Below are positions 8,294 through 18,000 of a stretch of 64,000 nt of DNA, one piece after another. The position numbers and the translations under genes were made by a program. Position 1 is the stretch's first letter; each line of letters begins with the position of its first letter. The notes under the pieces were generated by a model. It was given only the letters and a program-made list of their open reading frames with translations, did not search any database and had not been told where the DNA came from. The stretch comes from a virus, in IMG/VR virus record IMGVR_UViG_3300048928_000639, positions 4,045 through 68,044 of that record. One strand, 5' to 3'.

Positions 8294-10860
8294 CAGGATC
8301 CCCAGATTTCGATACGGTCGTTCGTGAAACTCAGGACGAGGCCGCCTGTGGTACCAGAAATTGTTCCGTCGACAGTCGCGTTGCCAAAGTGAGCAGAGAT
8401 GGCGGTGAGGCTGCCGACACTGATCTTGCTTGCAGTCACCGACCCGTCGAATAGCGCGTCGCCGCGGATTCCGACCTTCGCAACACCGTTGACATTTGCC
8501 ACAGTGAAGATTGGAACGGCGGCACCCCCGCTGACACCCGGAGCCGATACCTGGAACTTGTCCACGGTAACAGTGAACGACGAGATGGTTGACCCGCCAT
8601 TGAACAGTTGAAATCCGGTCGCATAGCCATTGACGTCGAGCGTGACGCCGTAGGCAGCGGCAGCATATCCGTCCAGCGTGGCGATAGCCGTGGACACGCT
8701 GTGTACGCTTGAGAACGACGGCCCAAACGTCGCCGCCACCGTCACCTCATAATTCGCCAGCGCCGTCTGCGTATCGACGGCCACGGTACGGACTTCAGCG
8801 ATTTCAGCTTTGGCGGTGCCGGCCGTAGCGAACAGTTGGGTCCGCACTTCCTTTTTATTGATGTCAGTCCGCGCAGAAGTTTGAGACACAAGTGCCGCGA
8901 TCTGTGCCAGACCGGTGTCGATCTTGTCGTTCAAGTAGTCTTGAACTTCGGTGACTTGCTTCTTAAGAGCGGCATCGAAGTCGACAAGCGAGAGCAGTGC
9001 GTTGGGCGTGGTGACGTCCAGCCAGTCGGACGGGAATACATCGCGCGGCGAACTCGGGATGTATTGACCCTGCGCCTGGTACTGGAAATTCGGCAGCAGG
9101 TTCTGCGAAATGATGATCGCACCAGCGGACAGGAAGTCCGTGCGCCCTTGGTGGACAATCTCGTGATCGGACTTCCGGCGTATCGAAAACGCGACACCGG
9201 ACACGCCCGCAAGACTACCGTCCCATGATAGCCGGATTGCCGGCCGCCGCGACAGTCCATCGTCATCCTTGATCGTGTAGGGCTCGGCAAACCAGTCGAC
9301 GATTCCTTGCGGTGCCGGTCGCGGAAAAACGGTCGGACCTGTCGGAAACCCTTGGAAATCGGTGTTATGGTCCCAATCGTAGTCGGTCGGATCGACCTCG
9401 GTTAGATGCAGGATAACGTCGAGGTTTGCTTTGTCGGTGCCGGCATCGGCGCGAAACAGTTTGTCCGTGTACCCATTGCGGACCGATGTCCAGGTGCCGA
9501 CGTCGCCGGGCTCGACAATCCAATATTGCGGCGGGAATGCCAGAACGTGCGTGCGGGCGCGCTGCGCTTCGTCGAGTGCCGAGCGCATCAGGCGCTGGAC
9601 CTGCGCCGAGTATGGCACCATGTCGAACGACGGATTGGCCAATAGCCGGCGACTGCCATCGCGTGCTTCCAGATCCGACCGATAGTACGGCGGCGCGACC
9701 TTCTGCGCCCATCCTTCGGCAGGGTAGGGGTATGACGCCGTGATGCCGTTGATGCTGTCGGCGAGGCCAAAGAACGGCTTGTAGGTCTGCTCCTCGGTGG
9801 ACAGCAGATCGCCATCGGTCCACGAGAACGTCGGGCTGTCCGGAGCGCCGAGGTGGATCTTGTAGAAGCCGCCGATCTCCGAGACGCGTCCTTGGCAAGC
9901 GGTCAGGAACGCTTCAACTGCGTTGGCAATCTGCGCGTCAACATTGACCTGACCACCGGAACGGTAGGTCGGCTCCATACCGGTCTGGCCTTGAATCGCA
10001 GCGCGGCATTTCGCGATCTGCGTGATCCAGTTGACGGCGGGCAGCCGCGCGCCGACCATCGACTGCAGGCCATAGAGCCAGACGCCGTTGTAGGTGACGC
10101 CGCGCAGGAGATTGTAAATCTGGACAGCAGGGAAGTTGTCGCCGTCACCGCCCCATGTGGACTTGTCCGACCAGCGGTGCGAACCGGACCCGCCATTCGT
10201 GCTATCCTTGCTCGGGTCATAGAGCGGAATACCGGACACGGCGAACTTGTAGGCAGGAAACCCGGTAAACAACGTGTCGTTGACCAGGGCCGTGCAGACG
10301 ACGTAGGCGATGCCAGTGCCAATGCGCGTCGAAGGGTAGGGACGGTCAAAACTGGCGACGCTGGTCTGCAGGAACGAGTCCGCTGTGGTCTGCGTGCCGT
10401 CGTAATACTTGACCCACAGGTGGTCTTTGCCATCCTTGAAATACTGAGTAACCGGTGCGCCGAGATTGCCATCCACCACGGGGCCAAGCGTGCAGAGTTC
10501 GCCGTTGATCCACACTTCCTGCAGCGTGCCACCAGGTAAATCCGACAGGGCGATAACCTGCGTGAAATATGCGTTTGGCGTCTCGCCGTCGTTGCCCCAT
10601 GTGTTCGCGTAGACGAGCGAACCGGCCGTGGCGCTGTAGCCCATGTTGAACGAACGCGGGACCGTGCCGCCGGACTGCAGCGTTCCCTGCAGGGAGAAAT
10701 GGTTCGCGGTCGCGGCTTCGGCCTGACTCGTGTTGCCGGACAGCGCCTTGGCGACGTAGCTGATGCCAATGGACAGCGCGGCGGATAGAGCGAATGACGC
10801 TACCGACGAGACCGTGAAGAACGCCGCAGCGGCTGTTGCTATGGCCGTAAAAAAGGGCAT
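8293..10860 (-). CDS. Tail tip / host-specificity protein (lambda J-like, C-terminal DUF1983-like)
   Basis: 855 aa; coiled segment followed by YGVTLDVNGYATGF...DKF...DGSVTASKI typical of J C-termini. Confidence 0.85.
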   Translation of the reverse strand: MPFFTAIATAAAAFFTVSSVASFALSAALSIGISYVAKALSGNTSQAEAATANHFSLQGTLQSGGTVPRSFNMGYSATAGSLVYANTWGNDGETPNAYFTQVIALSDLPGGTLQEVWINGELCTLGPVVDGNLGAPVTQYFKDGKDHLWVKYYDGTQTTADSFLQTSVASFDRPYPSTRIGTGIAYVVCTALVNDTLFTGFPAYKFAVSGIPLYDPSKDSTNGGSGSHRWSDKSTWGGDGDNFPAVQIYNLLRGVTYNGVWLYGLQSMVGARLPAVNWITQIAKCRAAIQGQTGMEPTYRSGGQVNVDAQIANAVEAFLTACQGRVSEIGGFYKIHLGAPDSPTFSWTDGDLLSTEEQTYKPFFGLADSINGITASYPYPAEGWAQKVAPPYYRSDLEARDGSRRLLANPSFDMVPYSAQVQRLMRSALDEAQRARTHVLAFPPQYWIVEPGDVGTWTSVRNGYTDKLFRADAGTDKANLDVILHLTEVDPTDYDWDHNTDFQGFPTGPTVFPRPAPQGIVDWFAEPYTIKDDDGLSRRPAIRLSWDGSLAGVSGVAFSIRRKSDHEIVHQGRTDFLSAGAIIISQNLLPNFQYQAQGQYIPSSPRDVFPSDWLDVTTPNALLSLVDFDAALKKQVTEVQDYLNDKIDTGLAQIAALVSQTSARTDINKKEVRTQLFATAGTAKAEIAEVRTVAVDTQTALANYEVTVAATFGPSFSSVHSVSTAIATLDGYAAAAYGVTLDVNGYATGFQLFNGGSTISSFTVTVDKFQVSAPGVSGGAAVPIFTVANVNGVAKVGIRGDALFDGSVTASKISVGSLTAISAHFGNATVDGTISGTTGGLVLSFTNDRIEIWGS

Positions 10861-10863
10861 ACG

Positions 10864-11328
10864 TTACAGGCCCTTCAGATAGTGCACTTCAGCGCCGCGA
10901 TAACCGCGTCGTGCGTAGAGTTTGCCAACGGCAGGATCGTCGCCCATGCCCGCCACGCCAGCGAACGCGCAACCTTGACCCCGTGCCCACGTTTCATAGG
11001 CGTCAAGCATTCGAACGGCAGCGGTGCCGCCGCGGTGCGCTGGCTCAATCCACCACAGCGATTCCTTGGCCACGCGCACGGGGCCGTAGGGGTGTTGGAA
11101 AGCCGTCACCATTAGAATGCCTTGCGCCACCCCCTCCACATCGTGGAGGAAGCACGCGGCGTTGCGGGACTTGAGGTGCAGCAGAAACAGCCGCTCCGCG
11201 CAGGCAGCGTCGAATGGAAAGACGAAGCCGGACACACCGGTCGCCGAGTCGAAGCCAGCGCCCTCGCGGCTATTGCGCAGCAGTTCAACGACGCGGGCGG
11301 TATCCGCTGTCGTCGCGCGACGGATCAA
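10864..11328 (-). CDS. GNAT-family acetyltransferase
   Basis: IRRATTAD start (TTG overlapping upstream stop), WWIEPAHRGG acetyl-CoA motif A, LYARRGY. Confidence 0.75.
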   Translation of the reverse strand: MIRRATTADTARVVELLRNSREGAGFDSATGVSGFVFPFDAACAERLFLLHLKSRNAACFLHDVEGVAQGILMVTAFQHPYGPVRVAKESLWWIEPAHRGGTAAVRMLDAYETWARGQGCAFAGVAGMGDDPAVGKLYARRGYRGAEVHYLKGL

Positions 11329-12008
11329 GGCTTGAACGCCATATTGAGCGCCTGTCCGATACCCGGCGGCGCACTGGACACGACGCCACTCGCCTTGCCC
11401 CAAAAGTGCTGCCACTCGCCAACGACCGAGACGTCCGCGTAGAACGTGTCGCCGGGTGCGCGCAGTTGCTGGCTGGCGTCGGAGCGCGTGTCGGAATTCG
11501 ACCGCGTCATTTCCTGCGTATGGCTGGTGCAGGTGAGGGTGACCGCCGCGCCTTCGTCGTTTTCTTTGGGGGTGGTAATTTCGATGTTGTCGATGAAACC
11601 GACGAACCGGGGTGGCGCCGGCGCAACCAGGGTCTGCGTGTCCGGGTCATAGATGCCGCGGAAAATCTGGACCTTGCCGAACTTGCACTCATAGGTGCGA
11701 ATGAGATCGTTGGCGCGATCATCTTCCGGCGACAGCGTGATCGTGACGTTCTGGACCGTGAGGTTCGACACAAGTGGGATGTCGCTGATTTGAATCAGCG
11801 AGCCGGCGCCGAAAAATGTGCGGCTGGTGCTACCCCCGGTCTCGGGGTCAATCACGTCGACCGTGGTGCTACCGACGTCTGACCAATAGCCGTCGTAGAC
11901 GGGCTCGCCAGTGATGCGGTCCTTGACCTCCAGCCAGAGGAAGTCGCGAGCCTCAAGGGCGCGGGCTTGGAGGGCGGCGTAAACTTCAGACGAGACTTCG
12001 CGGGTCAT
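11325..12008 (-). CDS. Minor tail / baseplate hub protein
   Basis: Position after distal tail gene; RSDASQQLRAPGDTF...FWGK ending. Confidence 0.75.
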   Translation of the reverse strand: MTREVSSEVYAALQARALEARDFLWLEVKDRITGEPVYDGYWSDVGSTTVDVIDPETGGSTSRTFFGAGSLIQISDIPLVSNLTVQNVTITLSPEDDRANDLIRTYECKFGKVQIFRGIYDPDTQTLVAPAPPRFVGFIDNIEITTPKENDEGAAVTLTCTSHTQEMTRSNSDTRSDASQQLRAPGDTFYADVSVVGEWQHFWGKASGVVSSAPPGIGQALNMAFKP

Positions 12009-12071
12009 GGAATGGTGACCTCGCGGCTCGGGTAGGGTAGGGTGTGCCGGACGCTAGTCTACGGCTCGCAG

Positions 12072-12123
12072 ACCGTAACAGATTGACTACCCGATGTCAA
12101 ATTATCTTGAGAGGCAAGATTAA
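12072..12123 (-). promoter_or_regulatory. Class II promoter: dyad copy (12101-12123, GANTC lost) directly upstream of TTGACA-17bp-TACGGT
   Basis: Minus strand ttaatcttgcctctcaagataat-TTGACA-tcgggtagtcaatctgt-TACGGT. Confidence 0.7.
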
Positions 12124-12761
12124 ACCGCCTGCACGACCTTGAAGCTGACCAGGCTCGATGTGTTGTCATTCATCCGTGGCGAGATCGACCCCGGCTGGAG
12201 ACAGAACAGCCCCCGTGGCGACTTCAGGCGCACCGCGGCGCCCACCGTCCAGCCCGGTCGGATGAACGGGCGCACCTCGAATTGCGCCGTCGTCCCCGCG
12301 CCGTTGGCGGTTACCGCTTCCATGACCTGGTGCAGCGCGCGGCTACCGGCGTAGTCGAACGACAGGAAGCAGCCGACGGACAGTTGCATGCCGGCATCGA
12401 GCCCTGATAGCGCCAATGCCTTGTTGTTCGCGTTGACCGAAGCGAGCACGCCGGTGTCACCGAATGCGCCGGTCGGATAGGCGCGGGGGTACTGTGCAGC
12501 CGCGCGCATGTCACCAGCCTCGAACAGGTTGGTGACCCCGTCGAGGCTATTCAGCATCGCCTCGTAGGCCAGCGCGTCGGCGTTGGACATCGGGACCGTG
12601 GTGAATTCGCCTGACCAGATGCCGCTGCCCATCGACTTGCCGATCGTGCGCCCGTAGGCGGTGCGGCTGAGTTCTTGCCGCGTCACCAGTTGCAGGGGGA
12701 CGGTTTCCGCTGAGAAGTCGACGGCGGTCATGATGTCGGTGCGCGGGAATGTGAGGGTCAT
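12120..12761 (-). CDS. Distal tail protein-like
   Basis: Directly after tape measure; typical size and composition. Confidence 0.7.
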   Translation of the reverse strand: MTLTFPRTDIMTAVDFSAETVPLQLVTRQELSRTAYGRTIGKSMGSGIWSGEFTTVPMSNADALAYEAMLNSLDGVTNLFEAGDMRAAAQYPRAYPTGAFGDTGVLASVNANNKALALSGLDAGMQLSVGCFLSFDYAGSRALHQVMEAVTANGAGTTAQFEVRPFIRPGWTVGAAVRLKSPRGLFCLQPGSISPRMNDNTSSLVSFKVVQAV

Positions 12762-14956
12762 AGTTGGCGCTGTTTCTTTGCTGTGGCGACTGCGGCGACC
12801 ACTCGCGACGGCAGTTCGGCCTTCAGGGTGTCGAGTTGCTGCTGGACCCGTGCAAGGCCGGCGGGGTCCGCTCCCGTGGCGTCGATAGTGATATAAACCG
12901 GTGCGGAAATGGATCCGCCCGCGCTGCCCACGGCCTTCATCTGACCGGGTGTCAGAACCGACTCGTCCGTACGGATGATCGCTGCACGCTCGCCGGGACC
13001 GATACCAGAATGGAAACGCGGGGCATCGTTGAAGTGTGCCGGATGGACGTAGCGGGTCGGGCCGGGCGCGTCACCGGGACCATAGCCGGTGTGGTTGACG
13101 GTCGGACCGACGAATGCCGGCGTACCGAAACCGGGTAGTTCTCCGCTACTCCCGCCACCAACGCCGAACAGAGACGCAAGACCGCCGCCGGTGGAGCCCC
13201 CAAAGGCTGACTTCCACAGATTTTGCGCGGCCATGTCCATGAGCTTGGACGACAACGCATCGAGCGCTGAGATGCCCGCTTTTTTGAGCGCGTCGAAGAA
13301 CGTCGCGCCCTGTGCCAGTGATTGCCTGAATGTCTGCATCGGTCCGCGCACCAGGTTTTCATAGGCAAACCGCATGTTGTCGGCGTTTTGCGCCGCCTGC
13401 CCAAGTGCCGACGCTTCGCTCTGAATTCGCGCTATCTCACTGGGCTGGAGTGTCCGGCCTGCGCGGCGGGCTTCGTTGATGGCGTTCTGCGCAGCGGCGT
13501 AGGCGTTTGCCGGGCCGATCGCCATGCCGATGGTCGCCGCATCGATATTGGCGGCGTCGGTACTCGCCTTGATCTGGGTGATGCCGAGAGATTGTTCCGA
13601 AGCAAGGCGCTTCAGAACTTCGACCTTTTTTTGGTCGATCGAAACGCCACTCAACCGCGCCTGTGCGACGGATAGTTCGACCTGACGCACAGCGTCGGCA
13701 GCAGAAGCAGTCTGTCCAAGGAGCCCAAGATATTGCTGTTGAAGAGCCAACTGGCGCTGAAGCACTGCGGGGTCAACCGGAGCCTTATTCGCAGCAATGC
13801 TACCGCCGGCGCCGGTGCCTTTGTAGAAGTCATCGACGTTGGAGGTGGCGGTCAATTTACTGGCAGTGCCGTCGCGGGCACCCATCTTCAAGACGGTACC
13901 GAGCGTGAATTCGCGCGTGCCGGACATGGTGGCCAAGGCTTTGACGCCGATGTCGTTCAACTGCATCAGCCAACCGCTTGCGCTCAGTATCGCGCTCTGG
14001 CTGCCTTGTTTGAAACTGATCCAGACACGGCTCCACGCTTCGTCGAACGCACGCGCCTTGGCAATCATCTGCTGTTCGGCGCTTTCGCCAAACTTGGTCG
14101 TCTCATTCATCGCAGCCTTGATTGCGTCCTTGCCTTGCGACAAGAACCGAACCCACTCCATTGTAGCAGGCAGCCCCATTTGTTGCAGAAGTTGCAAACG
14201 CTGTTGATCACTGGTGGCGCGCTTGATCAAGTCCGAAGCATTCAACAGCGACGATTCGAAATCCTTGGCGCTCATGTTGTTAGCGCGGAACACGTCCGCA
14301 AGACCACCCATGTTATTTTTTGCGTCATAGACAGACGCTGCAAACTTGCTCATCGCCGTCTGGAATTCGGTGACGTCGATACCCTTGAACTCCGCGACCG
14401 TTTGCAGGGCACGCAGTGCACCAGTGGATGTACCGGCAGCGCGAGCAACATCGTCGAGCGCGAGTGTCGATTGCTTAAACGACGAATAGATCAGGTAGCC
14501 TGCCGCACTGACTGCAGTAATGCCGCCAACTAGAAGCCGCATTGGTGTGATGACGCTCGCGATGCCGCTACCAATCTGCTTAATTGCTCCTCCGACGGTG
14601 GCCGTCTTGGATGACGAGAACACGTCGAAAATTTGCGAACCCTGTTGCAGCAGCACGGTAAAGATCGATTGGTTGGGCAGCGATACGGCAATATCCTGCG
14701 CCTGCCGACCGAGGTTGATCAGTTCGTAGCTGGCGAGCTTGCCGCTCTTGGCAATCGCATCAGTGCCTTTAACCGCAGCAGATGCGGCGCCGCCGATTCC
14801 GGTCGTAGCCTTCGACGCGCTGGCGACCGCCTTTTCCAGAGCGGAGGCATTGGTCGCAGCGCCTTTGCCAGCAGCGGCGAATTTGTCGAGTGCCGATGTT
14901 GCCGCAACAGTTTGACCACTGTCGATCTTGATGCCAAGTGTCGCGATATCAGTCAT
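12758..14956 (-). CDS. Tail tape measure protein
   Basis: MTDIATLGIKIDS start, NLGRQAQDIAVSL...LLQQGSQI, Ala-rich helical body, PRFHSG..GERAAI C-terminus. Confidence 0.92.
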   Translation of the reverse strand: MTDIATLGIKIDSGQTVAATSALDKFAAAGKGAATNASALEKAVASASKATTGIGGAASAAVKGTDAIAKSGKLASYELINLGRQAQDIAVSLPNQSIFTVLLQQGSQIFDVFSSSKTATVGGAIKQIGSGIASVITPMRLLVGGITAVSAAGYLIYSSFKQSTLALDDVARAAGTSTGALRALQTVAEFKGIDVTEFQTAMSKFAASVYDAKNNMGGLADVFRANNMSAKDFESSLLNASDLIKRATSDQQRLQLLQQMGLPATMEWVRFLSQGKDAIKAAMNETTKFGESAEQQMIAKARAFDEAWSRVWISFKQGSQSAILSASGWLMQLNDIGVKALATMSGTREFTLGTVLKMGARDGTASKLTATSNVDDFYKGTGAGGSIAANKAPVDPAVLQRQLALQQQYLGLLGQTASAADAVRQVELSVAQARLSGVSIDQKKVEVLKRLASEQSLGITQIKASTDAANIDAATIGMAIGPANAYAAAQNAINEARRAGRTLQPSEIARIQSEASALGQAAQNADNMRFAYENLVRGPMQTFRQSLAQGATFFDALKKAGISALDALSSKLMDMAAQNLWKSAFGGSTGGGLASLFGVGGGSSGELPGFGTPAFVGPTVNHTGYGPGDAPGPTRYVHPAHFNDAPRFHSGIGPGERAAIIRTDESVLTPGQMKAVGSAGGSISAPVYITIDATGADPAGLARVQQQLDTLKAELPSRVVAAVATAKKQRQL

Positions 14957-14959
14957 GGA

Positions 14960-15223
14960 CTATCCCTTCGGTGCAGCAGCGCGGCGGAATGCGGCCATGA
15001 TGTCGGCGGAGGCGGGCGGGGGCGGCGGTTCGGGTGACTCGACGCCGACGGCTGCAGCAAACTGACCAGCTTGCACAAGGCGGCGCATTTCGATATGTGC
15101 GTCGAGGGCGCCTTCAAGCGCAGGGATCGACGTGTTGAGCGTTTGCTGCTCGGTGTAACCGAGCCACCCCATCCCCGTGTGGAGCAGCCGGTCGTAGTGC
15201 TCCGACCAGCCTATCCGTTTCCC
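14960..15223 (-). CDS. Tail assembly chaperone C-terminal extension (gpGT-like, by -1 frameshift)
   Basis: Slippery G-GGA-AAC at 15217-15223; -1 frame is open into ORF 14960-15172. Confidence 0.8.
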   Translation of the reverse strand, partial: GKRIGWSEHYDRLLHTGMGWLGYTEQQTLNTSIPALEGALDAHIEMRRLVQAGQFAAAVGVESPEPPPPPASADIMAAFRRAAAPKG

Positions 15224-15540
15224 AAGTCGTCCTTGGGCTCGGTCTGCGCCACGTAGTCGCGACCGCCATTGGCCAGCCAGTTGACGTAGACCTTCACCGA
15301 CTCGTACAGGTCGAGCATACCGGCCTTGAACACCGCATCCTCGACGTCCTTGACGGGCTTGCCGAGCGCGGCGGCGATGACGAAGGTGATTGAGTCCTGA
15401 TCGATATCCGCAAGGCGCTCATTCGCGGCGCGAAAGCTGCCGAAGTGGCGATTAATCTTCTTGGATGCGTCCAGCGTAAACCGGAGCAGGGTGGGCTCTC
15501 CGTCGAGGGTGATCTCGACGCCGTCCGTGGATACGTTCAT
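15211..15540 (-). CDS. Tail assembly chaperone (gpG-like)
   Basis: Between tail tube and tape measure, ends at slippery heptamer. Confidence 0.8.
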   Translation of the reverse strand: MNVSTDGVEITLDGEPTLLRFTLDASKKINRHFGSFRAANERLADIDQDSITFVIAAALGKPVKDVEDAVFKAGMLDLYESVKVYVNWLANGGRDYVAQTEPKDDLGNG

Positions 15541-15582
15541 GCTGACTCCGGTGCAAAAATTGGCTGACGCACCGTAGCGAAA

Positions 15583-15605
15583 TTAATCATGAGAGTCAAC
15601 ATTAA
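15583..15605 (-). promoter_or_regulatory. 23-bp dyad promoter/operator copy
   Basis: ttaatcatgagagtcaacattaa; minus strand TTGACT-17-TACGGT. Confidence 0.8.
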
Positions 15606-15622
15606 AGGAGGTTGCGAGGGCC

Positions 15623-15896
15623 ATGATTGCCCGCTATTTTGCCGAAATGCGCATGTTGATCGTCATAATCGTGGTTTTGGGGGGTAGGTGGGCTCATCTA
15701 TACCCGCATCCCTGTCCCCGCCGCACCGGCACCCCCAGTCAGCGAAGTCGATCGGATCCACGCGGCCTGTGCTGAACAATTCGCCCCGGATGCGGAGCGG
15801 GTAACGGATTGCAGAATGGCCGCCGCCTTGCGTGCCCGAGGTGCTGCGGAGCGCGAGCGCATCGTTCAGGAGTACAAGGCGGCGAACGGTCTCTGA
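15623..15896 (+). pseudogene. Counter-oriented small membrane-anchored protein gene, frameshifted at G6
   Basis: AAAGGAGG RBS; deleting one G at 15679-15684 gives 90 aa MIARYFAEMRMLIVIIVVLGVGGLIY...KAANGL. Confidence 0.55.
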
Positions 15897-15899
15897 CCC

Positions 15900-16622
15900 T
15901 TACGGCAGGTGCGGGGTCTCGACGATCGATCCCGATTTGATCGACAGCATGAACTTGGTCATCGTGATGTTGTCCACGCCGCTGTAGTTCGTCGGCGCCG
16001 ACATGACCTTTGCCTTCATCAACTGGTTCGTCGGGGCCGGGACGGTCGTCATGGTGTTGCCGACGCCAGCCGAACCGGTGGTCGCGATGCCGGTGCCGGC
16101 CGCCGCGTTGGTCAGGCTGGTCGCGACGGCAAACGTATTGGTCAGGAGCGTCGCGCCGGCGCAGATGTAATAGGTCGTGCCGGCAGTGATGCCGGTCGGC
16201 AGCGTACCAGCACCGGCGGCGAACTTGACGCCAGTCAGGGCGGGCAGACCGTGCGCTGTCGACGAAACCAGACCGGGCGTCGCGATGGAAATGCCGACGG
16301 TGCTGACGGCGGCCGGCACAGCATCGTTCGCGATGATCTTGAAGTTGTAGTCGAAGTCGGTGTTGAGCGCAGCAAGAACGGCCTGCTGACCGGCGTCGCC
16401 GGAGCTTTTCGCACCTTCGATGGTGGTGCTGCCGTCATCATAAGAGCCCTTGAACTTCTCCGTCCCGCGCGTCTTGAGCGGGTTGAAGGTGATCTCCTTA
16501 TATACGCGACCAAACTCGGGGATCGTCGTGATCTCAGCGATTTCCACGTAGGTGTCGGTCGTCGGGTCCGACTGCGTGGTGCCGATGAGGATGGTCGTGC
16601 CGGCAGAGGTATTCGCGCCCAT
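15900..16622 (-). CDS. Major tail tube protein with an inserted domain
   Basis: EIAEITTIPEFG...KFKGSYDDG tube motif; central ISIATPG...HGL...LPTGITAGTTYY insertion. Confidence 0.85.
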   Translation of the reverse strand: MGANTSAGTTILIGTTQSDPTTDTYVEIAEITTIPEFGRVYKEITFNPLKTRGTEKFKGSYDDGSTTIEGAKSSGDAGQQAVLAALNTDFDYNFKIIANDAVPAAVSTVGISIATPGLVSSTAHGLPALTGVKFAAGAGTLPTGITAGTTYYICAGATLLTNTFAVATSLTNAAAGTGIATTGSAGVGNTMTTVPAPTNQLMKAKVMSAPTNYSGVDNITMTKFMLSIKSGSIVETPHLP

Positions 16623-16634
16623 GTCTGATAGTCC

Positions 16635-17084
16635 TTACGTGATGATGAGGTAGGAGATGCTCACTGGAAACCGAACCCACGGGGCATCCTTGACCGCGGC
16701 GGCAATAACGGGAAGCTTCTGAAACTGAAGTTGGTACGGCGCCGCGGGGAGCACGAGGCCGATCGGGAAACGCGCGGCGACCAACGCGGCGATTCGCAAC
16801 AGCGCGGCTTCACCGGCGCCATCGGGACCAACCGCGTCCACCTGGAAAATGCCGCGATTGAATGTGCTGGCCTTGGCGGCGGTGAAAGACATGCCAGGAC
16901 GATCCGGCTCGGCGCGCAGGATGTTGCGAGCATCGAGGTAAGCTTTGCCGGCTGTCGGGGTGTAGGTGGTGCTCGGGCTGGCGACGGGCAGCGCGGCAAA
17001 TGGCGTCACCGGAGACAAGAGCGCCGGGCTGGTCAACTGCGCCATCAACGCATTGAGGACGAGGACGTCAACGGGTTCGGTCAT
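16635..17084 (-). CDS. Tail terminator-like protein
   Basis: GIFQVD...ARFP...PVSISY; position before tail tube. Confidence 0.75.
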   Translation of the reverse strand: MTEPVDVLVLNALMAQLTSPALLSPVTPFAALPVASPSTTYTPTAGKAYLDARNILRAEPDRPGMSFTAAKASTFNRGIFQVDAVGPDGAGEAALLRIAALVAARFPIGLVLPAAPYQLQFQKLPVIAAAVKDAPWVRFPVSISYLIIT

Positions 17085-17960
17085 TTACGCTGCCTGTCTT
17101 TCACCTTGGAGAAATTCGGCAAGCTGCGCAGCGTTGTTGTCGCCATAGCCAAAACGTTTATGGAATGCGAGGTGGCAGGTTTCGCAAAGCGTGATGCCGT
17201 TGCTGACTTCCCATCGAAGGGTCCGGTTTGCGTTGTAACTTTCAATATGGTGACCGTTCAGATTGCCCCCATCGGCGTCTTTACAAGACTGACAAGTAAA
17301 CCGATCCCGCTTGAACACCTCATTCCGCCATGCGACTTGCTTTGCGTTATCGCGACGATTCAAACGTTCTTCGTCCGTAAGGTCGTCTCGCCAGTTCGGG
17401 TTTGCCGGACCGTTGCGGGTGTCTCCGATAACCTGGGAAAGCGTTTTGTGCGGAACACCATGGGTATCTAGGATTCGAGTGATAGCCGAAGTACATGTAC
17501 CGCCAAGACGCGCCAACTCTTTAATGGAGAGATGGGGACGCGTTTTATACGCCATCACTATCGCGATGTCTGAAACTGCCGGCTTGGCCCGTAGCGGCGA
17601 CACTGCGCCGCGTTTGGTATCATTACACGCTCGAATACTAACGTTTGCACGACGTAAACGTGTGGCGACAGTGGGTCCAGAGCACCCAAATCTTTCAGCG
17701 ATGCGCTCAATCGACCACATTTTAACGAGGTATAATTCAGTAATTTCGATAATCGGTAGACCCACACGCGGGGGCTTAGGGCGAACGCAATTCCCGACTT
17801 TTCGAACCGGGATGCCAGCCTCTTTCATTGCCGCGAAAACAGGTGGGGGAGTGCAGTCGAAGTGCGAAGCGATCTGGGCTGCAGACCAAAGTTCGTCGAT
17901 GTAAAGTCGTCGCAGTTCATCTACAGGGAGAAAAATTCGCTTTTTATTCCCCCGAGCCAT
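17085..17960 (-). CDS. HNH endonuclease with N-terminal HTH repeats
   Basis: VFKRDRFTCQSC...HHIE...NGITLCETCH..FH; three LY/WS..IA HTH-like repeats. Confidence 0.85.
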   Translation of the reverse strand: MARGNKKRIFLPVDELRRLYIDELWSAAQIASHFDCTPPPVFAAMKEAGIPVRKVGNCVRPKPPRVGLPIIEITELYLVKMWSIERIAERFGCSGPTVATRLRRANVSIRACNDTKRGAVSPLRAKPAVSDIAIVMAYKTRPHLSIKELARLGGTCTSAITRILDTHGVPHKTLSQVIGDTRNGPANPNWRDDLTDEERLNRRDNAKQVAWRNEVFKRDRFTCQSCKDADGGNLNGHHIESYNANRTLRWEVSNGITLCETCHLAFHKRFGYGDNNAAQLAEFLQGERQAA

Positions 17961-17977
17961 GCGCGCATATTACGGAA

Positions 17978-18000
17978 TTTATCGTGAGAGTCAAGATTTA
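17978..18000 (-). promoter_or_regulatory. 23-bp dyad promoter/operator copy
   Basis: tttatcgtgagagtcaagattta; TTGACT-16-TAATAT ahead of HNH gene. Confidence 0.8.

Noticed and set aside
2445-10860. Diversity-generating retroelement or invertible tail-fibre cassette
   Set aside because: No reverse transcriptase, serine invertase or TR/VR repeat pair seen by eye
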